This document shows positions 25,710 to 38,803 of a DNA stretch of 62,745 bases, piece after piece (position 1 is the first letter of the stretch; every line of letters starts with the position of its first letter). The notes below the pieces were generated by a model. It ran no database searches and had not been told where the DNA came from. It was given only the letters and a program-made list of their open reading frames with translations. The DNA is from Octopus bimaculoides (taxonomy: Eukaryota). The stretch spans positions 156,732,849 to 156,795,593 of the forward strand of contig NC_068982.1 of the NCBI RefSeq assembly GCF_001194135.2, given 5' to 3'. The translations under genes were made by a program, and so were the position numbers.

Positions 25710-26425
25710 TGTGTGTGTGTTCTTGTGTATGTGTTTCTTCTAATGTGTTTATATGTATGTGAGTTCGTATATGCATGTGTACGCCAGCATATGTGTCAAT
25801 AATATGTGTGCATGTATTTGTTTTCTTTTCCTATTTGCCTTCGATGGCCGAACGATAACTTTAAGTGTAGAAACAAGCGTTCACTGGTTAGCTGATATCA
25901 TATCTCACGGAGCAACACAAATTGAAAAATAAAAAGCACAAAGAATAAGAAATAATACAAACGAATAACAAACATCGAAACGTATCGGAAAAATAGGAGT
26001 GAACGTAACATCATAATGATTGCTTAAAATTATTTTACAATACCAAGAAATCTTCCCTGCATGCCTCTATGTGTGTGTATGTATGTGTGCGTGTGTGCAT
26101 GTGTGTCTATATTTGAATGCATATATATGCATGCATGTATGTATGTATGTATGTATGTATGTATGTACAGATGTATAATTTATTTGTTTTTTTAATTTTA
26201 TGTCAATTTAAAATAAAATCAATCATTAAACAGTAGGGATACTCAACACTTTTGCAGAGTACGTATTTATTATTTGTTAAAATGAATAGTGTTCAGAGCA
26301 ACAATGACCTTTCAGCTGATGGAGCCTAAGCAGGCCGAAAACTTGAAGATATTATAAACATTGTTCTCGGAGAAGAATTAGGCACACATGCATGCACGCA
26401 TACGAACATACATACATATACGCAT

Positions 26426-26467
<42 letters not shown>

Positions 26468-27221
26468 TAAGACATGCATACATATATAGTTGGAATTTAC
26501 AAAAAAAAAAACACGAAGACAGGTGTATAAACAGACAGACAGGCACACACACACATGTCACATTGGAGCAATCTCGTTTATAACCAGCCGAAATTGCAAA
26601 TATAATCTGGAACTCGACTGAGGAAAGAAAACTCCGAATGACCCGTCCTTGTTTTCTTTGTATCGTCTGTCTGGATGTTTTGTTGTCCCTTTTTGGTATC
26701 ACATAACTGTCTGGATGTTTTGCGTTCTTTTTCCACTTTCGTATTATATATATATATATATTCGCCATCATAGATCGCTGACCACTACACACATTTTTTC
26801 TTTCCTTGTTTCTTTCTGTGTTCCTTTCTGTGGAAGAGCGTAGGCTCNNNNNNNNNNNNNNNNNNNNNNNNNNNNNNNNNNNNNNNNNNNNNNNNNNNNN
26901 NNNNNNNNNNNNNNNNNNNNNNNNNNNNNNNNNNNNNNNNNNNNNNNNNNNNNNNNNNNNNNNNNNNNNNNNNNNNNNNNNNNNNNNNNNNNNNNNNNNN
27001 NNNNNNNNNNNNNNNNNNNNNNNNNNNNNNNNNNNNNNNNNNNNNNNNNNNNNNNNNNNNNNNNNNNNNNNNNNNNNNNNNNNNNNNNNNNNNNNNNNNN
27101 NNNNNNNNNNNNNNNNNNNNNNNNNNNNNNNNNNNNNNNNNNNNNNNNNNNNNNNNNNNNNNNNNNNNNNNNNNNNNNNNNNNNNNNNNNNNNNNNNNNN
27201 NNNNNNNNNNNNNNNNNNNNN

Positions 27222-27317
<96 letters not shown>

Positions 27318-30151
27318 ATTTATATATATATATATGTATATACACGCATACATATACATATGTATTATATATATGTATATACATATATCTAACTATCTAT
27401 AAATATGTATACTGCAGAAAATACGTTAGCAGCAATCGTACTTCACTTAAATACATATATCGGTATGCTGCTATTCCTTAGCTTCAGGTGAACGCAGGCC
27501 AAGAAGACTTGATCAAAGAAGTTCAGTTTTTCCAGATAATCTCTACTCTGGAATATATAACAAAAAAAGTCCTTTATAAAGACAGTAAGGACTGATTTGT
27601 GGGAGAATTGTCTGATATTTCGAGTAACCATGTAGAGGTACATCTATTAGAATGATGGACATACCTGCTCATACATTAACAATACTACAACCATCACCGA
27701 GTCTTTCAGCAACATATATTCTGTCAAGTGCAAATATCGAAGTATACTTTTCTTTCAGCAAAACGGTTGTCGCCTTGCCAGTCTGTTTTGCGAACAAATT
27801 CGAAGCACACCACTACATGCTAAATCAATCTGTTGCCACCATTTTCGTCTCAACTGCCCATTTAATTACTCCTTTATCACTGTACACTTTCTCTGCTCAT
27901 CATGTTTCAACACACTGAAGGAAGTGTAAGGAACAACTTTCCATATTCAAACTAGGAACTATAGCTCTGACGGGTTTAAATGAAAGGTTTTTCTTTACCT
28001 TCGTTAATTTAGAAATCCCACTGTTTTCCTTCAGTTCACTTCTCGCCTCATTTTCTCTCTCCAACTCATACCCGCCAGCTTCTCTTCTTTTTTGCTTCTC
28101 TTTCCTTCTCTCTATGTATCCATATTCCCTTTGTCTTCCAGCCAGTCGCTCAAACACACAGGTTACTCTGTCACCTTTCTTTTTTCTCCTCTACTACCTT
28201 AACTCAGAAGAGGGAGTTTGTTCGATACGTTGGTACTTCAATTCCACGATAATTTCACTGTACTTTTGCATTCACTTTTCTAAATAATAAAAGTGAAGCC
28301 GATGCTATACATGTTCTCACATTACTATATCGTCCTTTAGATTAATGAGAGAAACTGGATTTGTAACATTAATGCTTATTTTCCTTACAGAGAATTTGAA
28401 CGCAGTTGAAGTGACGATAGCATTAAAAATTGAAATCTATTTTATAGAAAAATTCCAAAATAATAGCTTCGAGTATAGCTAAGAACTCACGTAAACGAAG
28501 TTTTAAAAATTGTGGTAGAGTAAAGAAAACAACCGGTAATGCATGTATTTTTACTTGCACCTCTGTAATTAAAAAAAAAATACTGCTTTTAAATATATAT
28601 TATAAAATGTCTATTTCTCTCTAATCGTTTAGTGGGTATTTTACAACTGATCTAGCTACTATATACCCGAGATTTAGTATCCGATTCTTATTAATGTAAC
28701 ACTCAAATGCATTTAAACACTTTCTCGACGACAGGAATGATTCTCACCATATTTTCCGTTTAGTGAGAAATTTATTGCGCTATCTTTATATCTCGTAAGA
28801 TTACGCTTGAATTTTTCAGAAAAATAGTACATTCGTAAGAGGTTTCCGTTGATATACAGAAAAAGAAATGAAACAAAATTTTGATGTTCATGCATTTCCG
28901 AAAAACTACTGCAATACAGAAAAGGTGAGATAACTACAACAAAGAATTCAAAACGAAGGTGATGACGTCACCCACCCGTAACCTATCTCTAAACATGCAA
29001 AAATGTCTACTTCTGTAATTCCTACAGATAATTTGAGCACAGAAGTGAGATGAGTGGTTTGTCTTCAGAGATGATGTAGCAATAGGGGAAGAGACACGAC
29101 ACGACTTGATGTCTCTTTCAGTCCATCACTGTTACACCCGATATCTAGGCAGTGAATAATTTTCGAAAGTGCAGTTAAAAAGGCACCAAGAAAGGCGATC
29201 GATTGTGATAGCGATATCAAACTAGAACCTTGTTTGGTCGTCAGGAAAATAGTATTATTATTCAGCTGCGTTAAGTTTTGTGACAAAAATCCAATCAAAT
29301 TGTGATAGAACATTAATGAGAATTTCACAAGTTTCCATCTGTTGTGACGTGACAAAGAACAATGTTTACGAAACATTTCAGTCATACAACGAAAGAACAG
29401 ACACACATAAACACGTAAACTTACATACAAACATACACAAATAAGGAAAGAAATAAACGGAATAGATCGAATGAAGAAAGATACTAAAACAACAATGCCA
29501 GCAACAAAAGGAAGTAAAATAGAAAAAGTAGGCAAAACAAAAGACAGGAGAATATTTCAAACTAAATCTACATTACTGTTTCATTTGAAGATCTACGACA
29601 AGATGTCTATACTGGGAGATGTTTGAAAAGTTTATACATCGGAAGTAATTTATTTATGACTTACTTCAAGATAAATCAACAATAATTGTTCTAACACATT
29701 TGTAGTATAAGCACACATCATACCTCGAAATCTCTGCCATTAAGTTAGAATAAAAAACAAAAACAAAAGAGAAATAAATCTTACTTGGAACGTGTAATTC
29801 GCAAATAGAAAACATAAACTGAATTGAAGACATTAATTAGTTCCTTACCTATACACAACAACTCACATACTTACACACACTCACGTACTAACGCACGCGC
29901 TCATACACATGCACACACAAACACATATATGTTTTTGGTTGCTGAAAGTAACTTGCAGTTAACAGCTTAATATCTTAAATCCGGAGCTGATGGTATTATC
30001 TCATTCAACATCATTCCCATGATGATTGCTGCCTACTATAAAAGTACTGCAATAATAAAACGCCAATAACATCCACCGCGTTCAGAAGATGTGAACGAGA
30101 ATGTCTAGAGACATTAATGGAATTAGGAAAGTTATTGTTTCAAACTAAGCA

Positions 30152-30493
30152 TTGTTGTTTGGACTCCGTCGCTTACGACGTCGAGGGTTCCAGTTGATCC
30201 GATCAACGGAACGGCCTGCTCGTGAAATTAACGTGCAAGTGGCTGAGCATTCCACAGACACGTGTACCCTTAACGTAGTTCTCGGGGATATTCAGCGTGA
30301 CACAGTGTGACAAGGCTGAACCTTTGAATTACAGGCACAACAGAAACAGGAAGTAAGAGTGAGAGAAAGTTGTGGTGAAAGAGTACAGTAGGGTTCGCCA
30401 CCATCCCCTGCCGGAGCCTTGTGGAGCTTTAGGTGTTTTCGCTCAATAAACACTCACAACGCCCGGCCTGGGAATCGAAACCGCGATCCTATG
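30152..30493 (-). mobile_element. tRNA-headed SINE family C (head runs into a gap)
   Basis: Minus strand gatcgcggtttcgattcccagg (B box), body, cacgttaatttcacgagcaggc..actggaaccctcgacgtcgtaagcgacggagtcc, (CAA) tail. Confidence 0.7.
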
Positions 30494-30889
30494 NNNNNNN
30501 NNNNNNNNNNNNNNNNNNNNNNNNNNNNNNNNNNNNNNNNNNNNNNNNNNNNNNNNNNNNNNNNNNNNNNNNNNNNNNNNNNNNNNNNNNNNNNNNNNNN
30601 NNNNNNNNNNNNNNNNNNNNNNNNNNNNNNNNNNNNNNNNNNNNNNNNNNNNNNNNNNNNNNNNNNNNNNNNNNNNNNNNNNNNNNNNNNNNNNNNNNNN
30701 NNNNNNNNNNNNNNNNNNNNNNNNNNNNNNNNNNNNNNNNNNNNNNNNNNNNNNNNNNNNNNNNNNNNNNNNNNNCACACACACGCGCACACACACACGC
30801 GCACACACACACGCGCACACACACACGCGCACACACACACGCGCACACACACTCGCGCACACACACTCGCGCACACACACATGCATATA

Positions 30890-31170
30890 TACGTGGTCTG
30901 ATCAATAAGTATCCGGACAGTTGCCATAATAAAGACGCTAAAGCATGGGGAATGAAGCCGCTTGGCACAGACCGACCGTGATATCTGCTGCGCATGCGCA
31001 CTAAATTTTAACGTTCTACCTCACTTTCGCTGTTTACAGCAGTGCTTGAAAGGAAAGTGTGTAACGTGTGATCGTCGCATTGGCCATGACAACGAAAGTT
31101 GAGCAGAGAATCTACATCAAATTTTGCCAAAAGCTTGACGATACATACTCAGAGGCCCATGCAAAGCTTT
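30890..31170 (+). mobile_element. mariner-type DNA transposon, 5' end (irritans-like)
   Basis: TA followed by cgtggtctgatcaataagtatccggac terminus; transposase start MTTKVEQRIYIKFCQKL..SEAHAKL. Confidence 0.8.
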
Positions 31171-31568
31171 CAAAAAGTTTTCATCGTTCTCGACACAATC
31201 AAGGAGATCTTGTGTAACTGAAATCCGAATTTTGGCACAAACTTGGCAGCCACACCATCTCATACCCAAATCTTCAGTGATAATGGACTGAACTCAATCG
31301 TAACTAATCTGCACACCGTCTGATAACTTATGGATGGTGATTCGACGACTTCCCCTCACAGCTTCATACACACCGGCAATGTGTTGCTCAATTCTGCTGG
31401 TTGCGAGTCTCCCAAATCTTTCGTCAATATCAACATTTTTCGGCCACCTTGGAAACGTCTGAACCAGTCGTACACTTGTGTGAGGCTCATACACTTTCTG
31501 CAACTTTGCGTATGCCCCTGAGCAGGTATCGCCATGGTAACTTTCTCTGTCATGGCCAATGCAACGAT
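31163..31568 (-). mobile_element. mariner transposase fragment, same family, inverted relative to the 30890 copy
   Basis: Broken frames TQVYDWFRRFQGGRKNVDIDERFGRLATS (HTH region), RRITIHKLS, ITEDLGM..AAKFVPK, QDLLDCVENDENFLK. Confidence 0.82.
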
Positions 31569-31584
31569 ATAGCCACTCCTGCAT

Positions 31585-31747
31585 AGGTGCAGGAGCGGCG
31601 GTGTGGTAAGTAGCTTGCTTACCAACCACATAGTACCGGGTTCAGTTCCACTGAGTGGTACCCTGGGCAAGTGTCTTCTACGATAGCCTCGGGCCGACCA
31701 AAGACTTGTGAGTGGATTTGGTAGACGGAAACTGAAAGACGCTCGTC

Positions 31748-31806
<59 letters not shown>

Positions 31807-31999
31807 TATGTTTGTCCCCCCAACATCGCTTGACAACCGATGGTGGTGTGTTTACGTCCTCGTAACTTAGCGGTTCGGCAAAAGAGACCGACAGAATAAG
31901 TACTAGGCTTACAAAGAATAAGTCCTGGGGTCGATTTCCTCGACTAAAGGCGGTGCTCCAGCATGGCCGCAGTCAAATGACTGAAACAAGTAAAAGAGT
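31585..31999 (+). mobile_element. SINE family A, full length
   Basis: Near-consensus head, internal (TA)(TG) tract and 3' end, followed by a (GA)n tract. Confidence 0.9.
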
Positions 32000-32007
32000 A
32001 TATATAT

Positions 32008-32106
<99 letters not shown>

Positions 32107-32769
32107 TAGAGACAGAGAAAGAGAGAGAGAGATAGAGAGATAGAGAAGACATCTAACAAAACTAAACTTCGAGACATTACTGGAATTCCACCGAGTATAA
32201 TTTTCTGGTGTTATCGTACATAATGATTCTTCAGTATCTTAGAATACAAATACTGACGAATTTTCCGCGTTGACTGAACACTGCAAATGGATTAAACAAC
32301 CTTCTCTCAACTTTCTCTAGCTATCTGCATCTAAACATGTATCCGCAATGTATTATCTTTGATGGACTATATTACAAACATTCATGCGTTTCTCGTTTTG
32401 AAAGAGAAGCAAATTGCTACACCCGTATTCAGCAACTATCATTGCTTCGCAGATCTTTGTCGAGTCCATACTTTGGATTCCCGTAAAAGGGCATTTTAGT
32501 TCGTTAGATTTGTCGACTGGCGTTTTGCATCGTACAATGGAGCACTTTGCTTTTTAAAAGGGCTGGAGACGTCTTGATAGTTCTCATGGTAAAGTTTCCG
32601 TAAATCACTTCCTGCAACGTCCTTACGGCACCATCATTAAACTAAAAGAGATGATGGCGTTCTGATGTTATTTTCGTCTGATATCTACAGAGCTGAAGTT
32701 ATATACTAACTTATCATTACCCCATTCTACAGTAAATTACATTTCAGCACAACCCATTACATACAACTG

Positions 32770-33080
32770 GAGTCCACGCGCCAACTAATCTCCTCCCTCT
32801 TCTTCCATTCCACACTCACCAACCTAATCGTCCAAAGACCCTATACCTTAATCATTTGTTTCGTTCACAGACTCCGACTATCCTACTGTGTCTGTGTCCA
32901 TCATTTCTACAGGACTCAGTTCCAAGCACCAAGACTTACTCTTCTCACCTTTGACTGAAGTCCTTTTTTCCTTCTTCTACAATGCTGCATATTGAAATAT
33001 TTTTCTTCCTTCCCGGTCCTTGTAATCTCCTGACTTTCAAGGAAAGCAATTACCTATTCATTGTCATCAACCAAATTGTT
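32770..33080 (+). mobile_element. Possible very old CR1/L2-type 3' fragment
   Basis: Weak translated similarity only: SYCVCVHHFYRTQF and FLPGPCNLLTFKES. Confidence 0.25.
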
Positions 33081-33573
33081 GACCCCTAAACACTACTCTT
33101 GAGGCCCAAATCTCTGGTTTGATTCACAGGTCCACGTCACCAAATTCGTTCTTGCCATCAACTACTTTTTTTCGATGAAGATCTAGAAAAAGCATGTGAA
33201 GGTTATTATGGCAACCAAGATGACTTCAGCAATTTCACCGAGTATAATTCTCTGATGTTGTTGTTCATAACGATTCTCCCGTATATTAGTTACAGTGCAA
33301 ACAATGACCAAACACAACATATGAATTAAACATCCAACAGGCGTTTCTCTAGCTATCTACATCTAAATATATATCTGCGATGTACTACTTCGATGGACTA
33401 TATCACAAACAGTAGTGCTTCTCTCTCTTTCTATACAAACATTAGTCCATCCGTCCATCCATCCATCCATCCATCCATCCATCCGTACAAAGTCAATGTA
33501 GATGGTATACAATGAAAAATATGATACGCGATACGGTAAGATTTTCATAAGTTCCTGTAAACCGGGAGATGCA

Positions 33574-33668
<95 letters not shown>

Positions 33669-33684
33669 ATCTCTGTCTGTCTGT

Positions 33685-34434
33685 GTCATTTTTCAGTTTT
33701 ATTTCAAAATCTCTTACCAATAGAGAAAGAGCCGGTTTCTAACCTAGATCCAAGGCCCTTCACTGGAATTTCAATATCAACAACAGGGTATTTTTGTATG
33801 TATGTATGTATGTATGTATGTATGAATGTATGGATGGTGTGTATGTATATGTGCAGATTTGTATGTTTTATTTTATATGCTCATAATATTTAAATGATAA
33901 ACTTCTGCAAAGTTCTACAAACTTTTACAGTTCCAGTGATGGATTGGATCTGTAGTCTTTGAATTAGCTTTCTCCTTCCTTGTTTTGAGAAGCCTAATTT
34001 CTCAAGATTGGCATTTAGGCAGTCTGTTACATATCCCAAAGCCCCAATAATTACCGGTATAAACCTGAACTTGTAATCTGGATAGAGTAACAGCAGAATT
34101 CTCAATAGTTCAGTGTAGGTATTCTCTTTTTCACTGATCTTCAGCTTTATGTTAACATCCACTGGGCAGCTGATTTCCACAACTATACACAGTTTCTCAT
34201 TTCATCCCAAATCATTATATCAGGACTGTTGTACTATCATTTTATTGAGGTTTTCACTGGGACATTCCACCAGTACTCCATATTCTTATGAGTGGCTATG
34301 GCTTCTGCCATACTGCGGGTTCTTATTTTTTGTCCTTGGGGGTTATCCTTCCGACGGATTTCTTTATAGAGTGTCCTAGCCACATCATCATGTCTCATCG
34401 GTAGATATATCTGTGATGACATATTCAGACAACT
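33685..34434 (-). mobile_element. R4/Dong-type LINE (family c), 3' fragment
   Basis: LPMRHDDVARTLY..YWWNVPVKT, VEISCPVDVN..EKENTYTEL..FIPVIIGALGY. Same family and 3' UTR as 40936-42605. Confidence 0.85.
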
Positions 34435-34641
34435 TTCTCTGTCATGGTCAATGCAACGATCACACGCTACACACCTTCCTTCCAAGCACTGCTATATACA
34501 TCGAAAGTGAGCTAGAGCGTTAAAACGTAGTGTGCATGCACAACGGAGTTTAAGGTCAATCTGTGCCAAGCGGCTTTGCTGTGCCTGCTTTAGTGTCGTT
34601 ACTATGGCAACTGTCCGGGTACTTATTGATGAGTCCTCGTA
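34430..34641 (-). mobile_element. mariner 5' terminus (same family as 30890)
   Basis: Reverse complement tacgaggactcatcaataagtacccggacagttgccata..cattgaccatgacagagaaagttg aligns with 30890-31100. Confidence 0.85.
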
Positions 34642-35137
34642 CGAATATGTATGCGTGAGTGAATATTTGTTTTAAGAAAGGATGAATGATTTTTGAAGAG
34701 AGGATTGTATTTTTCTTTAGACAAAAAAGAGCCAGTTGTCTATTGATTTCATTGCATATAAAAAAATTGTCAGATGAAGAATAAAGAAGAAAAGAAATAA
34801 AGAAAAGAAATAAATGAAGAAGTAAATAAACAATAAAAAATATAATGTAAAATATGAAAAATAATGGCTGTTTGTTTCGATGATAAGTTAGTTGAGAAGC
34901 GATTATCTGTTTAATAATTTCCAAACAGCTACTAAAAATTTAATAACTAAATACAATTAACAAATTATAATAATGTAAGAATTAATAAGTGTTTCTCCTA
35001 CTTATGAGTACGTTCTTCTATTAATGACACGCATAAACACGCACACATACACACACACACAAATATAATCTATGCACCACTTCAGACACTCTACATACCT
35101 ACACCCATATGTGTGTGTGTATTCTTTTTTCTTTTTT

Positions 35138-35395
35138 TCTTTTTACTTGTTTTAGTCATTTGACTGCGCCCATACTGGGGGCGAACAAATCGACCCTTTT
35201 GTCGAACAAATTGACCCTTTAGTCGAACAAATCGACTCCAGGACTTATTCTTTGTAAGCCTAGTATTTATTCTATCGGCATCTTATGCCGAACCGCTAAG
35301 TTTCGGGTACGTAAACGCATCAGCATCGGTTTTCAAGCGATGTTGTGTGTGTGTGTATGGCGACAAACAGAGACACACAAACACACACACACACA
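35138..35395 (-). mobile_element. SINE family A, 3' half, with internal 20-21 bp triplication
   Basis: tcttttacttgttttagtcatttgactgcg..gccgaaccgctaag..; gtcgaacaaatcgacc unit three times at 35181-35238. Confidence 0.85.
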
Positions 35396-36239
35396 TATAT
35401 ACAGAGTTAGCGTTATATCAACCGACTAAGGGATAAAATATCCGTATATACTATCAGTTTCCGTTACCTGTGTTATCCCCGGGCAATGGTGTGCAGGCAC
35501 ATCATACACGTCGAGTGCAGGTAACAACAGAATAAACAAAAGTTTATCAGGAACGAATGCAAATAATTAGAAACTGGAGAAAACCATAGATTAACCAACA
35601 TCGATTGGACCACATTTATAGCTTATTTATTAATACAAAGCATAACATACTTGCATTATTATACAAAGCATGACATATTTTTGCGCATTTCCGCACTATT
35701 CATAAAGTAATATTTGTTTAATCTTGTATATATGTGTGAGTGCATGATACACAACAAGTAATTTAGCATCTTATAGGTATATATTTGAAATTATTAGCGT
35801 TTAATGGAGGGGAATCAAAATATAAAATATATTGACTGAAAGAAACCTATATTGAAAGAAATCAACATTTTTAATAGTTTTATAAATTATACATATAACA
35901 CTAAATATGAAATAAAACAAAATTATTTAGTATAGCGATTCATACCAGTACAAACACTAAGAAAAACTGACTTAGAGTCTATCAGAATATCTGAAATAAG
36001 AACACAAAAAATAATTTCAAAGAAGGCTAATGTGGTTCAGTTGGACCCCAATCACCATATTTTATGCTAAAAGCTGGACCCCAATTACCATATTTTATGA
36101 TAAAAGATATGCGTAGACTATGCGACCGATGAATATGAAACAACTAATCACATTAAATAAACAACCAACAGATGCCGGGACCACCGCACACACAAACGCA
36201 CACACACACATATATGGTAAGAGAGACATCTGTGTCTTT

Positions 36240-36448
36240 GTATTAGAGTCGTATCTTTTCCTCACCACCGCTTGATAACCGGTGTTTGTTCGTTTACACT
36301 CCGTAACAGTGGTTCGGCAAAAGCTAGCAGTAGAATGAATATCAGACTTAAAAAATAAGTACTGGTGCCGATTTGCTCGACTGAACCTTTCAATGCGGTG
36401 CCCCAGTATGGCCGCAGTTCAGTGACAGTAAGAAGTAAAGATAAAAGA
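36240..36448 (+). mobile_element. SINE family A, 3' half, diverged
   Basis: accaccgcttgataaccggtg..ggttcggcaaaag..gcggtgccccagtatggccgcag..gataaaaga. Confidence 0.78.
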
Positions 36449-37856
36449 TATGCGTAGACTATGCGACTGATGAATATGAGACTGATCACATCTTTAAATA
36501 AACAACCAACAGATGGCGGGCTCATAACTTTGTACACAGTCCAACATGTTGCTCTGCAAAGCACACCCCACACAAAATGCTTTCTATCCAATAGCATCAT
36601 TCAAATCATCTATTCCCTGGTCACAACAGGTACCGCTTATAACCACGACCAAACATTATAATACAATTTACACCCAAAATACAAAACAGAATCATCAAGA
36701 TACAACTTAATACAACACCTCCTCTGCACAATCATCAGCCAATAAAATAACACATTAGATATTTTTATGTTACCGATATCCATCAGTAGCATACACAACA
36801 TGCATTCTGATCAGCACCAATAATTTAAACAAAGTTACGTCAACGAAAAATTGAAACCTGATCACTGACTTAGTGATAATTGGACTGCGAGCTAACTCTT
36901 GCGCCAGAGATCTCCCAACACTTTTCGTTACTTCACTATAAAGGAATCTCAGTATCAATATATGTTGTATATTTTATTTATATATTTTGGCCCCTTTACT
37001 ATTTATCATTTGCTACACGATTGAGAAATCTCAACACCAAGTACAGGGAAAAATATTCCAGTACATAAATAGACGTAGATTGTACATTCATTGCTGGGAC
37101 AGAGGAAATGTGATGGGAGGTAGAATAATANNNNNNNNNNNNNNNNNNNNNNNNNNNNNNNNNNNNNNNNNNNNNNNNNNNNNNNNNNNNNNNNNNNNNN
37201 NNNNNNNNNNNNNNNNNNNNNNNNNNNNNNNNNNNNNNNNNNNNNNNNNNNNNNNNNNNNNNNNNNNNNNNNNNNNNNNNNNNNNNNNNNNNNNNNNNNN
37301 NNNNAGCAAAAACATCTAAATAAAAAGGAACATAGATTCGATGGAAATGGCTAAGGAAAAGGACCCCAGTAATAAAAGAAGTAAATAAGTATTAGAATAG
37401 AATATGGCTGGATATTTGTGACAGACACGCAATCGAATAGACGTCAGAAGATAAGTTTATGAAAGAGAAGTCAACGTTGATCTTCCTCAACCATATCTTA
37501 CCAACACTTTTTCTTCTTTAATTCCTTGTACCTACATTATCTCTTATTTATTTATTATTTATTTGTCACACTGTGTTTTTTTTCTTTATCCCAGTTCCTT
37601 TTCATTTATCTCTTTCGTAAACTCACTCCTCTACCATTTTTCATGTTCTCCTTCTTTAGCTCTCGTCAATTCTTCTTCTCCTTATTTTTTTTTGTTCTTT
37701 TATTTATTTATTTATTTTTTTGGTATTATTATCTTTTTGTGTCTTTGTTTCCGTTTAGCAATATTTGTTCATGTATGGGCAAGCAATAGCGATGCGTAGA
37801 TGACATACATGCTTAGTATTAGAGAACTCTTCAATTCAAGGAGCTAACTTTAAGGA

Positions 37857-37914
<58 letters not shown>

Positions 37915-38170
37915 GACCGAATGACAGAGATGAGAGAGAAAGAGAGAGAAAGAGAGAGAAAGAGAGGGGGAGAAAAAGAGGGAAGGGGAGAGAAGAACGT
38001 GGGGGATTGAGTGGAACAAACATAGAAAAGAGAACAAAAAGAAAAGAAAGGACCTCATCTAGCCGTAAGCTCGCTGAAGTCGAAATAACACCAGGAAGTG
38101 ACAGGTCAAAGATACAATCACGTACTGCATAAGTACTGACTATATTTTCCGTACATAACTTATATATGCA

Positions 38171-38243
<73 letters not shown>

Positions 38244-38258
38244 ATNNNNNNNNNNGCA

Positions 38259-38331
<73 letters not shown>

Positions 38332-38751
38332 ATCTAAATGTGTGTATGTGCTTGTGTGTGAATATCCATATATATGTGTGTACGTGCGTGTTTTTGTGCA
38401 TATAACATTTCCCCTACTTTACAGAGTTCAATAGAAATCTCCCTAGAGCCTTTAGCGGAAATGTTATCAATTCAACACGAGTGTCGCCATTTTCCTTTTT
38501 GGACAGTTGTGGTCGGAACAACGGTACAACATTACTTCATTTAAATAAAGATAAATGATGCCTGCAGCAGAAGGCGGGATATAAGGTAGAGAAGAAAAGA
38601 AAATGGAAATAGAATATGTATGATTATATAGATAGTTTTCAGAGAGACTAGTCGCGGTGAGAGAGAAAGGGAACGAAAGAAATAAAGAAAGAGAGTAACA
38701 TATATTTAGAACTAGAAGCAGATGCACATACACACACGCATATATAGACAA

Positions 38752-38803
<52 letters not shown>

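Noticed and set aside
27652-28157. Coding-like ORFs at 27.6-28.2 kb
   Set aside because: No motif I can recognise and stops in all frames; may be an unrecognised old element.
28963-28970. CRE site TGACGTCA
   Set aside because: A single 8-mer is expected by chance in a window this size, and no promoter context is visible.
32189-33411. LTR retrotransposon
   Set aside because: The repeats lack TG..CA ends, PBS, PPT and any gag/pol remnant; kept only as an unexplained duplication.
34237-34485. Chimeric mariner-LINE protein
   Set aside because: The mariner ATG frame ends at TGA after six codons; the listed ORF uses a non-ATG start in non-coding leader sequence.
38485-38493. YY1-like cgccatttt motifs here and at 56810-56818
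   Set aside because: Short motifs with no CpG island, TATA or transcript evidence.
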